From positions 35,342,001 through 35,406,000 of the forward strand of contig NC_086109.1 in the NCBI RefSeq assembly GCF_963921235.1: a DNA stretch of 64,000 nt, in the 5' to 3' direction. The notes under the pieces are model-generated. The model was not told where the DNA came from and made no database searches. It saw nothing but the letters and a program-made list of their open reading frames with translations. Positions 28,981 through 41,252 of the stretch are shown here, piece after piece. Source of the DNA: Mobula hypostoma (lineage: Eukaryota). The first letter of the stretch is position 1. Every line of letters begins with the position of its first letter. Both the position numbers and the translations under genes were made by a program.

Positions 28981-30884
28981 CAAAAGGAATAGGCTTTTCG
29001 CCCCCTTGTGACTGTCCCATTGTTTAATTAGACCATGGTAGTCCGGAGTGTCCGGAGAGATGGATAGATGAGAAAAGTCCTAAGATGCTACACAAACAAT
29101 TTCATGATGATTGATAGGGACACAAGAGACTACAGAGGCTGGAATCTGGAACAACACAAAGTGTTGGATGAACTCGACGTGTAAAGCAGCCTCTGTAGAG
29201 AAAATGGACAGTTGGCATTTCAGGTTGAGATTCACTTCATGTGTTTATTAGTCCTTCCTTTCACTGGCTTTACTTTAGGATCCTTCCTGTAGATAATTTG
29301 CTGCCATCTTCCCCTTTGTATTTTCACATACAGTAAGCTCAAAGCAATTCTTGAGATTAAAATCCTAAGGTTACATGATATCTGAGGAAACATTACAATT
29401 CTGTATTATTATTATTATTATTATGTGCCATGGAGCTGAGTTTGAGTGTAAAGATAGTTTTGAAATTTGACTTGGAAATAATTAAGGTCATGATACAAAG
29501 GGAAACATTTGATCAACAGCCTCCATAACAGTAAAGAGTCCACATGAGGTCACATTGGTTGTTATGTAATATCTTTTGCCAGGTTCCTTGGGAAATTGAA
29601 TCACTGAAATGTAATTAACTCTTTCTCAAGAAAGTCAAACTTAACAGCAGGGCCAAACCCTAAGATGACTTTGAAGTCTGCTTCTCAGGGAGATATATCC
29701 CTTGTTTTAACAGGAGCCCATCAACACTACACTAATTTTCTCACTGCCCCTTCCCAACTACAGTAAGGGTAATATATTGTATATTTGCATATTGTTAACC
29801 AACATGCCTTTGTGCTTCTGGAAGAAGTAATACTAGATGAGTATCACTCTACCGTTTGACTCGGAAGTCATGCTGGAGCCAAACAACTACCAGTCAAGAA
29901 TCAAGTCTGAATGAGAGATGAGATGAAGTTTGGCTTTTTGTTTTACAGTTTACAGTGATAGCTCATTCTGCTGAACCTCCAACATAACCAAGTGGAGACA
30001 GCCCATAGTATGATTAAATGGGTTTGAATGGTCTCAAATGACTGGAAGCCAAATAAGTAAGGAGGAAGTTTTTTGGCTAATGGGAGCAGTACCCTAATGT
30101 GTTCAGGGAGCCATGTCCAAGCACAAATGGCCAAAGACTAGCACACTTAACAATTAACTGTCCTCTAAGACAATGCTGATAGAAATCTGTCACTCTCAGA
30201 GCACAGGGCTTCACTTGCGTGTCCTTGCATCAATAGCCTACAGAGGAGATCACTGTTGCAGTCAACATCTTGGTCAGTAGGTCATTTAAGGTATCTGCAG
30301 TCAATTTACATTACATTATTTGTGATCCACTCATGGCATCTCATGTGCTCTCAGCACAAGACTAATTGTTTTCTTTTGTTAATTTTACATTTCCTTGAGT
30401 AGAGAACTGCAGATATCACAGGCGCAGAATTTGATCAGGAATGTGTGCTTCCAAAATATGATCAATCAAACTCATATGACAATAATGGTTTTACATACAC
30501 ATTCAAAATTGTTCAAAACCATGAAATCCTCACTTAATATACAAATAAGAAAATTCTTACAATCTACACCTTGTATCAGTGTTGTAAGTGTGTAATATTC
30601 TGTCATTTCATCTGACCTACTGAGTGGATGAATGGCTCTTGATGTAGGAACTACCACTTCAGTCTTTGACTCTTACTCCATTATGGCCTTCAGAATCAGA
30701 TCTAATATCACTGACATATGTTGTGAAATGTATTTGTTTTGTGGCTGAAATACATTGCAAAGCATAATAATAACAGAAGTATAAATTACAATTATATATA
30801 TATATATAAATCAAATAAATAAGTAGTGCAAAAAGAGAGCAAGAGAAAAGAAAAACATAGTGAGATAGTGTACATGGTTCACTA

Positions 30885-31017
30885 ACATGAGAAAATCTGG
30901 AAATGCTGATAATCCAAGCAACACACACAAAATGCTGGAGGAACTCAAAGGGCCAGATAGCATCTATGGAAAAGAGGGAAAGGTCAATGTTTCGGGCTGA
31001 GACCCTTCATCAGGACT
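30885..31017 (-). mobile_element. Short Penelope-derived pLTR unit inserted in Rex1
   Basis: Typical unit ...atgctggaggaactca...catctatgga...tttcgggctgagacccttcatcaggact. Flanked by an imperfect duplication catggttcac (30873) / catggtcat (31018). Confidence 0.75.
30982..31017 (-). ncRNA. Minimal type I hammerhead ribozyme motif (PLE-associated)
   Basis: Minus strand AGUC-CUGAUGA-A-GGGU(CUCA)GCCC-GAAA-CA-UU-GACC: intact CUGAUGA and GAAA boxes, stem II, GUC/GAC stem I, vestigial stem III. Confidence 0.65.
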
Positions 31018-33333
31018 CATGGTCATTGTCCATTTAGAAATCTGATGGTGGAGAGGAAGAAGCTGTTCCCAAATCATTCAGTGTGTGTCTTTAGGGTTCT
31101 GTACCTCCTCCTTGACGGTAGCAATGAGAAGAGGGCATTTCTTGGGTGACGGGTGTCCTTAATGATGGATGGCATCTTTTTGAGGCATCACCTTTTGATG
31201 ATAACCTGGCTGGGGAGGCTATTGTCAATAATGGAGCTGACTGCGTTTACAAATTTCTGCAGCTTATTCTGATTCTGTCCAATGGGCCTCCATAATAGAT
31301 GACGATGCAATCAGTTAGAATGCTCTCCACAGTATATCCAGAAATTTGCGAGTATCTTTGGTGAATACCAATTCTCCTCAAACTGGTGTGTGTTCTAGCG
31401 ACTTCCCCTTCCTGAAGTCCACAATTAATACCTCGATTTTACTGACATTGCAAGGTTGTTATTACGACTCCACTTAACCAGTTGATCTATCTCCCTTGTG
31501 TACACCTCCTCATCTTATCTGAAATATTGCCAACAATCGTTGTGTCATCGGCAAGTTTATAGATGGCCTTTGAGCAGTGCCTAGCCACACAGGTGTAGAG
31601 AGAGTAAAGCAGTGTGCTAAGATGCATCCTTGAGGTGTGCTGGTGTTGATTGTCAGAGAGAAGGAGATGCTATTTCTGATACACAGTGGTCTCCCAATGA
31701 GGAAGTCAAGGATCCAGTAGCAGAGGAAGGTACACAGTCCAGGTTTTGGAGTTTGTTGATTAGAACTGGGTGTATCATCGTATTGAACACTTGCCTGTAG
31801 TCAATAAACAACAACCTGATGTCAGCATTACTATTGCCCAGGTGACCCAAGGTCAAGTGGAGAGCCAGTGAGATTGCATCCACTGTAGACCTGTTGTGGT
31901 GATAGGCAAATTGTAATGAGTCCAGGTCCTTCTTTAGGCAGGAGTTGATTTTAGCTATCACCAACCTCTCAAAGCACTTCATCAGAGTAGTAAATCATTG
32001 AGGCAGTTCACCCTGCTCTTTATGGGCACTGGTGTAATTGTTACGCTTTTAAGGAGGGTGGGAACCTTGGACTGCAGTAATGAGATATTTAAGATGACCT
32101 TGAAAAGTCCTGCCAGTTGGTTTGCACAGGTGTTCAGTATCGTACCAGGTACACCATCATGGTCTGATGCCTTGCAAGGGTTCACGTTCTTGAAAGATGT
32201 TCCAACATCAGCCTTTGAGACTGAGATCACAGGATCACCAGATGCTGCAGCGATTTGCAGAGGTGCTTTTTTTTATTCTCCATTTCAAAGCATGCATAAA
32301 AGGCATTGGGCTCAATTGGGATAAAAAGATATTGAACCCACCATGGCCTGTCAGAGCTAATGTGCATCCAATTCCATCTTTAACTTCAATTAGAATTTTT
32401 CTTCGCTCTTAAAATAGTCCAGCTGGCCTTCTTGTATAGTTCTGGACCACCAGGTTTGAACGCTGTCCGCTGACTACGAATCGCTTGGTTCATTCATGGC
32501 TTTTCATTTGGGACATTGCTGAACCACAGAAATTACAATTATATCCACAAAGTTATTATGAGCATTGCAGAGATAGAATTCAAACTTGGTAATTCATCAT
32601 TCATAAATCTCAGTGATCAGATTTAATTCTGAAATGTGGTGCTGTGTTTCCTCTAATCTTATCACTGGCAGACAGAACATAGAATCAGTAATTGCTAGGA
32701 AATACATGCATCTGTCTACTGAAAGCAAATTGCAGCTAAATATTCAATGAAACTTTCAATTTATTGATAAATTCACATTAATGTTTAAATTGGTAAAATG
32801 TAAAAATTTTCCATGAATACAATAGCACTGAAAATACAGTAAGTGTTTAGAAAATTATAGATCTGGTGTCTTGATTAGGAGTGATGATGGTTAAACTATA
32901 TTGATTTTATGAGCTTAAGATTTTAAGGCACCTGAACCATTGAGTTTTATAAAATTATAGTGGATTCAGAGAAATATTTTATGAATTCCAGCCAATCTGA
33001 ATTTTATGATTCGTCTTACTAGTTTTACTCAGGCCCTGCTTGTGATTTAGCCTGACGTTATTTATGAGTATAACATCTGAGGTACTGCTGTGATTATAGA
33101 TAGTCATTAAGAGATTAGCTGATGCAATTCATTAAATACTTAGCAGTGTACACATGCAAAAATACACTTAACAGCTGAGTTTTATGCCTGCGGTGATTAG
33201 CACTTGTGAGCAAAGTTTTTGGAAAATGCAGGGTATATTAAATTCCCATTTCATTTCCATTATCCCAACAGGGGTTTCTCTAGAATGCCATGAGATAGCT
33301 TTCTAGAGCAGCTCACGTTTGAGCCCACTAGTG

Positions 33334-35260
33334 CAGTGGTCCCCAACCACCGGGCCACGGACCGGTATCGGGCCGCAGAGCATGCGCTACTGGGCCGCGA
33401 GGAAAGGATATGATTTGGCGATATGAGTCAGCCGCACCTTTCCTCATTCCCTGTCACGCCCAGTGTGGAGCTTGAACGCATGAGAGGTCATTACCCGCGC
33501 GTCATCCATGTCAGCGCGGGAAGGAGATCAACTTCTCAAGCTTACAAATGATGGCCGGCTGAAAAGTATGTTTGACATCTCTGCTGGCATTCCGGATCAA
33601 GATGTCCACGAAAGCACTGAAAACGTTGCTTCCATTTCCAACGTATCTCTGCAATGAATGCAAGGAAAACTAAATTGCGGAATAGACTGGACATAAGGAA
33701 CCTCCTTCGCGTATGGCTGTCTCCCATCACCCCTCGATAAGACCGTCTTGTTTCAGGAAAACAAGCCCAGGGCTCCCATTCATTGAGCAATATTGGTGTT
33801 TTGCAATGATTTTATATGTTCATATGGGGAAAATATGTGCTGTGTGTTTAATATCCAAACATTATTTAAAATGTTATGATTCTATTGACTTATTTATATA
33901 ACCTGTTACGTACCCCGTAACTGGGTTGCCAAACCAGCAGAAATGGATCACTCAGTTGGAGTCTGGATTACTAGAACTAAGAAAGTTTTATTAAAGAAAC
34001 AAGCAACACAGTACTCTAATCAAAAGGATAATAAATGCAACAGTTCAGCAATGATAAACACACATGTACACAGAATTAAGATAACAGGATCAATCAAGCT
34101 CTATCGTTGTCTAGGGGTAAATGACCAGTTTCAAAGTGACGCAAAGTTCAGTTCAATTTAGTTCAGTTCAGTTCGCAGACAGTGGGGGGGAGGAGAGAGA
34201 GCAAAACGAATGAATATTCAAACGGCTTCCACACACAGACCTTTGCAGTCAGCTTTCGTGCGAGCCCTTTGTGATGTCATCTGAGGTCACCGACCGTGAC
34301 CCCTCCGTTTCCAGATACGATCGTTTCTCTGCGGTGAACCTGGCACCCAGGCAAGGGTGGACACACACCAGGTTCCCGCCGATCGTGCCTTTCCACCCTG
34401 CGCGTCTATGGCTTGATCCCGTGACCAGCCGTCCAAAACTTCCTACCGACTTGTGGGAGATGCACTGCTTCCAGGGTCTCGTTACCTCGGGGTGTCGTGT
34501 GTGTCTTGCCTTAGCGAACCTGTCCATTTTTATCCCCCTGCTGGGGTATCGCCTGTCCATCACTTCAAACAGTTCAGGGTTCAAAGGGGGAGCCGATCTT
34601 GACAGCTCTCCTTCCGTTACTCTCTCCCGTCCCTTCATTAATATCTCCAAATGCTGCTTCATTGTTTTCCTTATCTCTCTCTCTCCTGAAGACAGGTGGC
34701 AGACCAACTGCTGATCCAACTGGTGCCAGCACAGGACAGCTAACATCTTAATCTATGTGTATTCTCGTCACAAACCATATAACAATTACAGCATGGAAAC
34801 AGGCCATCTCGGCCTTTCTAGTCCATGCCGAACGCTATTCTCACCTAGACCCACCGACCTGCAATCAGCCCATAACCCGCCATTCCTTTCCTGTCCAAAT
34901 ACCTAACCAATTTTTCTTTAAATGATAATATTGAACCTGCCTTTACCACTTATACTGGAAGTTCGTTCAACACTTAATTAACGTGATTAACACCACCTCC
35001 CCCTGAACAGAATAGACAAAACCGATTTGCAGAGAAAAAGAAAATCGGCAGGTACACGCATGCGCATGTTACGCATGCTCACTGGTGCCCGCGCAAGGCT
35101 TCATGGTAACTGTAGTCTTTCTCTGGGTGAACACAACGTATTTGACTGCTACTCTTGTCCGTTGGCAACCTTACCGCCGCCCCCCACCCACCGGGCCGGT
35201 CCGCAATAATATTGTCAATATTAAACCGGTCCGCAATGCAAATAAGGTTGGGGACCCCTG
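33334..35260 (+). mobile_element. hAT (Charlie/Buster-type) internally deleted DNA transposon carrying nested insertions
   Basis: TIRs CAGTGGTCCCCAACC / GGTTGGGGACCCCTG. 8-bp TSD cactagtg / cactaggg with central TA. Transposase C-terminal remnant ALKTLLPFPT..KTKLRNRLDI..KQAQGSH at ~33615-33785. Confidence 0.9.
33904..34772 (-). mobile_element. Solo LTR (869 bp)
   Basis: TGTTACG...CGTCACA termini; exact 4-bp TSD AACC (33900-33903 and 34773-34776); AATAAA on the minus strand near the left end; CpG-rich. Confidence 0.85.
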
Positions 35261-37700
35261 CACTAGGGGATCAGCTGTTCTGGATTGGGTGTTGTGTAAT
35301 GAACCAGAATTGATTAGAGAGCTTAAGGTTAAAGAACTCATAGGGGAAAGTGATCATAATATGATCAAATTCACCCTGAAATTGAGAAGGAGAAACTAAA
35401 GTCAGATGTATCAGTATTACAGTGGAGTAAGGGGAGTTACAGGGGCATGAGAGAGGAATTGGCCAAAGTTAATTGAAAAAGCACACTGGCAGGGATGACA
35501 GCAGAGCAGCAACGGCTGGAATTTCTGGAAGCAATTTGCAAGGCACAGGATATATACAACCCAAAGCGGAAGAAGTATTCCAAAGACAAGATGACACAAC
35601 CGTGACTAACAACAGAAGTCAAAGCCAACATAAAAGCTAAAGAGCAGGCATATAATAGAGCAAAAATTAGTGGGAAGTAAGAGGATTGGGAAGCTTTTAA
35701 AAACCACCAGACAGCAAATAAAAAGTCATTAAGGAGGAAAAGTCGGAATATGAAAGAAAGCTAGCTAGTAATATTAAAGAGGATATCATAAGTTTCTTCA
35801 GATATATAAAATGTAAAAGAGAGGTGAGAGTGGATATCGGACCGGTGGAAAGCAATGCTGGAGAGGCAGTATAATAAACATGAAAAAATCTGCAAATGAG
35901 ATGTAGTAATGGGGGACAATGAAATGGTGGATCAACTGAATACGTATTTTGCATCAGTCTTCACTGTGGAAGACACTAGGGGTGCACCAAAAGTTTGGGA
36001 GTATCAGGAGGCAGAAGTGTGTTAAGCTGCCATTAATATGGAGAACAGATAAATCACTTGGACGGGATGGTACACACCCCAGGGTTCTGAAAGAGGTGGC
36101 CAAAGAGTTTGTGGAGGCATAAGCAATGATCTTTCCAGAATCAATAGATTCTGGAGTGGTTCCAGAAGACCAGAAAATTGCACACGTCACTCCACTCTTC
36201 AAGAAGGGAGAAAGGCAGAAGAAACAAAATTATAAACCAATTGTTCTGACCTCAGAGGTTGGGAAGATGTTGGAGTCAATGATTAAAGATGTGGTTTTGG
36301 GGTACCTAAAGACCCATGACAAAATAAACCATAGTCAGCATGGTTTCCTCAAGGGAAACTTTTGCCTGAAAAATCCGTTGGAATTCTTTGAAGAAGCAAC
36401 AAGCAGGATAGCCAATGGAGAATTAGTGGATGTTGTGTATTGGATTTTCAGAAGAGCTTTGTCAAGATGCCACACATGAGGCTGTTTAACATGTTAAGAG
36501 CCCATGGTATTACTGGAAAGATCCTAGCATGGATAAAGTAGTTGCTGATTTGCAGGAAGCAAAGAGTGGAGATAAAGGTAATCCTTTCTGGTTGGCTGTC
36601 GTGACCAGTGATGTTCCACAGAGGTTTGTGTTGGGACAGCTTCTTTTTATGTTATATGTAAATGATTTGGATGATGGAATTGATGGCTTTGTTGCAAAGG
36701 TTGTGCAGGGGCAGATAGTTTTGAGTAAGTAGAGAGGCTACAGAAGGTCTTAGACAGATTAGGAGAATGGGCAAAGAAGAGGTGGATGGAATAGTATTGG
36801 GAAATGTATGGTCATGCACTGTGGTAGAAGAAATAAAAGGGTTGTCTATTTTCTAAGTGGAGAAAAAATTCAAAAATCTGAGACTCAGAGGGACTTGGGA
36901 GTCCTAGTGCCGGATTCTCTAATATGCAGGTTGAGTCTGTGGTGAGGAAGGCAAACGTGATGCTGGCATTCATTTTAAAAGGACTAGAGTATAAAGGCAA
37001 GGATGTAATGCTGAGGCTCTTTAGACCACTGGTGAGGCTTCACTTGGAATATTGCAAGAAGGTTTGGGCCCCTTTTCTTAGAAAGGATGAGAGGGCTCAA
37101 AGGAGATTCACAGAAATGAATCCAGGATTGAATGGCTTGTCATATGAAGAGCGTTTGATGGCTCTGGACCTGTATTCGTTAGAATTCAGAAGAATGAAGA
37201 GAGACCTGACTGGATATGAAAGGTCTTGATAGAGAGTATGTGGAGAGGATGTTTCCTGTGGTGGAGAATTTGGGACCAGAGAACATAACCTTAGAATAGA
37301 GGGGCATCCTTTTAGAATGAAGACGAGGAAGAATTTCTTTAGCCAGCGATTGGAGAATCCATGGAATTTTTTGCTACAGGCAGCTGTGGAGGCCAAGTCT
37401 TTATGAATATTTATGGCAGAGATTGATAGATTCTTTAAACGCAAACAACAGGAATTCTGCAGACGCTGGAAATTCAAGCAACACACATCAAAGTTGCTGC
37501 CTGGCCTGCTGCGTTCACCAGCAACTTTGATGTGTGTTGCTTGATGGATTCTTGATGGGTCTGGACATGAGGGGATATAGGGAGAAGGCAGGAGATTGGG
37601 GCTGAGAGGATAAATGGATCAGTCATGTTGAAATGGCAGAGTATAATTGATGGGCCGAATGGCCTAATTCTGTTCCTATATCTTATTGTCTTCTGGTCTT
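35261..37700 (+). mobile_element. Long CR1 LINE ORF2 and 3' UTR (continues from ~33270-33333 before the hAT insertion)
   Basis: LDWVLCNEPELI..SDHNMIKF; AHVTPLFKKG..NYKPI; SQHGFLKG; LFMLYVNDLDDG; YEERLMAL. Confidence 0.9.
37436..37544. mobile_element. Penelope-derived foldback insertion in CR1
   Basis: Perfect 26-bp inverted repeat 37474-37499 / 37519-37544; flanking duplication ttgatagattctt / ttgatggattctt. Confidence 0.8.
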
Positions 37701-39841
37701 ATTATCAAGGTTAAAGTGCTATCTCTAACACAATCCAATATACTTATTGGTAGCGCTCAAATACTTAATCTAAAAAGCAGATTTTGTTTCTTACAGTTAC
37801 AGACAATATCTCTTTACATTTTCTGCAGTTTTCTGTAAAATGCTACAATGTTAAATTTGCATACAACTACAGCAAGGGAATCAAAATAGAATTCAGCATG
37901 GGAGTCATTAAAACAACATAATTATGATTATATAATGTATGTGCTCAATAGATTGAAACTCTTCTGAATATGGAGGATTAAATGTTGTTCATTTGATACA
38001 TGCAGTGTAATTATGTTGTTCTTAAAGCTGCACTGGATCCTCTCAAACCATGAGCTCATCCTTCTGAATGGTCTGATTAGTAATCATAGGAGATCTACAG
38101 TATTTATTCAGTTTCCTCAACATAGTAGCACTTCCTTCAGTAACAAGAATTTCTGCTATAATAGAAGCGCTACCTTTGATTCTAATAATTAAATGTGTCC
38201 ATTGTTAATGTGTGGAGAAAGTACAACCACTTGTAGTGCAGAAAAATATCTGTCATGTTGTGGTGCCACAAAATTTAATAATTGGAGTCATTCCATACAA
38301 AAAAATTAACATTTTCTCTGATACATCCTCAGAATTCCATGACCTGGCAACATTTTATTTTAGAACAGAATATTGCGTCTGGAATAACAGTCTCTATAGT
38401 GAGTGTAATGATTTCCCACCATTCATTGCAAAATAGAAATCCAGAAAGAAGACTATCAAGTTAACCCCATAGATAAAATGAGTTTCCCAAAAAATGTTTA
38501 TGTTGTTTTACCGTATCTTTTTTTTCTCATTATTTCTTTCTTTTGCGTTGAGTTTGGCTGCAATTCAGCTTATTTCTTTTCTGTTGTTCACCTTCTTTCT
38601 TCTCTGGGCATTGACTGATTTCAGGATAGAATGGAGGTCCCTGGCACTCATCAAATATCCCATCATCATGAGCGAACAATAGCGAGAAGGTTTTTGACCA
38701 AAAAATATAAAGAAAGGCAATGAACCTTACAAGGTGTGCAGTGACGGATCATGTCCCAGTATACTTTGGGCCTTCTAAAAGCCCAAAGGCTTATTTCAAA
38801 TTTGTAAACGGCCTTGGAAATGTATGTGTTGTTTAAACTGGGATGCTTGTAAACAGTTTTCAAAGCACACTATTCTATCATGGTATGAGCTAGTGGCACT
38901 TGGTTCTGATAACAGAGGGCTTTTAATTTAAAGCCTAAACAAGCAAGCATTTCACTATCTTTTGCCAGATTAAGTGGTGTTTTTTTTTTGGCTGTTAAGG
39001 ATACTCTTGAAATATACACTAGAATGGAAGCAATGCCAGTAAGATAAAACTATGACCATTTCTATATGTAAGCATGAAAAATGTTGTCAATAAGAGAACC
39101 TGATTTAAAAAAAATGTCTGTGGATTGTTGGGCTATATGTAATATTTTGCTTCTGCAGCTCTGTCTAGCATTCTTTCTCATGTGAGTTGCATATTAATGC
39201 CCAGAGTCTTTATGAGCCAGTGATTCAGCCAATTAAAACAGTTGCTCACTTAATTGTGAACAGTGGACCTCTAAGTTGAAATCCATCAAAACATTTAAGA
39301 AACAAGGAGAAATTCCTGTTAGTGGGGTATCTGACCAATAAAGTTTTCAGTCAAACAAGCCTGGAGGCCAAGTCAAGAGCAGGAACTGTAAGAAAATACA
39401 ATGTGGTTGAGAACTTTGGGGAATCCAGCAGCATAAAAGCAAAACACAATGCAGAGGCTTGGAATTTGTTATGAGGCTCTGGGCACCAGTAACTTTTTTA
39501 TACATAAATTGACTCTTTTATTATTTATTGCGATATGTCAACCCACACAATGAACAGATCTTACCAAACACTGATTTTGACTCAACGTCCAGAGTGCGGA
39601 ATGCAAACATTAATCAAAATCAAAAGAAAACAAAAAGGTAATTCAAGAAGAATGATGCATAAATACTCAACCATATTGTGCTTAGTTTTCTGAAATGATC
39701 CATTAATTTGAGAATCTGGAAAAGAATGCGTTAGTTTGTGAAATATTAATTTGCATAATGATGCAAATCAGGTGAAACTGAAAGGATGTTTTCAATAATG
39801 ATTACAGAAACACAGAAACATCAATGGAATAGAGGCAATAA

Positions 39842-39842
39842 T

Positions 39843-39874
<32 letters not shown>

Positions 39875-39881
39875 GAGAGAC
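39842..39881. repeat. (GA)n(GACA)n microsatellite
   Basis: gagagagagagacagacagacagacagacagagagagac. Confidence 0.9.
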
Positions 39882-40989
39882 GGAGCTTGCTGGCACATGA
39901 AAGATAGTTCATTGCATGCAAATCAAATCATTTTCTATTACTTGTAAGGTACAGTATCATGAGAATTCTGTTCTGACCGTGTTTAACACCAATGGCAAAG
40001 TGACATTTATTGTCCATCTCTTTTGTGCTTCAGGTTGGAGTAAATCACCTTCGAGACCATAGCTGTCTCTGCAGTAGTAATGTTTGATCCAAGGTGTCAA
40101 TCCATTTACAATAAAGTGTGTGATTTGGCGGGAGGCCTGCAACTCTGGATCCCAAAGTATCCATCCTCTTGAACAGCAGAAGTTGTGGGTATTGAAGGTG
40201 CTACTGGAATTGATTTAGCAACTAGGGCAGTGTATTTTATAGATGGCTGTCTATACAGACATAAATTGCTAATGATCAAGGAACTGAACATTTAGGGTGT
40301 AAATGAGCTGAAAATCAAGATACCTGTTTAATCTTGGAAGCTGTTGAGTTCTTGAATATTTATGGAGCTGTGCTGTCCATCTCACGTCTTGTGGCATGCA
40401 GAGAGTGGAAACACTTTAGGCAGTCAAGTAATGTGCTTCACTCACTTCAGAGAAAGCGTCTGACCTGCTTCTTCGACTTATGTAGATGTTCTTTTTGATT
40501 TTATGTTCTTTCATGCCCCCAGGATGTTCATGGTGTGGGGTCTTGTCCATGCCAAACAGAGATGGTTAGATCCTCATTTTAGCTCTTGTCTATATGTTGA
40601 CTAATTCCAAAAGGATACAGGCCCAAAGGGCTTTATTTTCCAAAAAATTCAATTTTCCTATATTTAAATTCTGGAGGCCTCCTTCCAATGATGCAGTAGG
40701 AGTTCCTTGATCAGAAAGATTATATTTGATCAAGAGGATGATGCATCATCTCCTTCTCAAGGCCAGTTAAGGAAGAACAAAAATGTTGGTCCTGTTAATG
40801 AATTATGTAGATGCTTGTGTCAAAATAAATTTATTATCAAAGTACATACATGTTACCATATACTACTCTGAGATTCATTTTCTTGCAGGCATTTACAGGA
40901 AAATAAAATAATACAATAGAGTTTATGAAAACTATACACAAATAAAGACTGACAAGCAACCAATGCAAAATAAGACATTGGATCTCACT

Positions 40990-41252
40990 GTTGCTGTCAT
41001 CCACCCAGTCCGCCAGAGCAGACATCACATGCTCGGACAGCCATGTCCCTATTTCACCAGGGTATGAGGTCCACCGGCTACCCTGGTGAGGATTAATCCA
41101 CTTGCCAAAACGATATACCTAGGTGTAGTTGCTGTAACGTACGGCTACTGGGAGCCACCTGTGAGAGCTAAATTTCCAGTGGAGATCAAAGCTGAGTGAG
41201 TTGTCCAAGAATAGACATGACAATCTCCTTCACCAGAGGTGCTAGCCCTCTC
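40990..41252 (-). mobile_element. RTE LINE 5' UTR fragment (RTE1_Mars-like), next to a Rex1 tail at ~40816-40975
   Basis: Minus strand AGCACCTCTGGTGAAGG...CTCTCACAGGTGGCTCCCAGTAGC...AGGGTAGCCGGTGGACCTCATACCCTGGTGA...GGCGGACTGGGTGGATGA is colinear with the RTE 5' UTR as I recall it. Confidence 0.6.

Larger units (their letters stand above)
30690..32520 (-). mobile_element. Rex1/Babar LINE, decayed
   Basis: MKCFERLV..LQFAYHHNRSTVDAIS..LLFIDY; KASDHDGVPG. Confidence 0.85.

Noticed and set aside
34249..34746. 165-aa and 147-aa overlapping ORFs (also 51038-51457)
   Set aside because: They lie in GC-rich LTR sequence, have no recognisable domain, and the frames are not maintained between copies.
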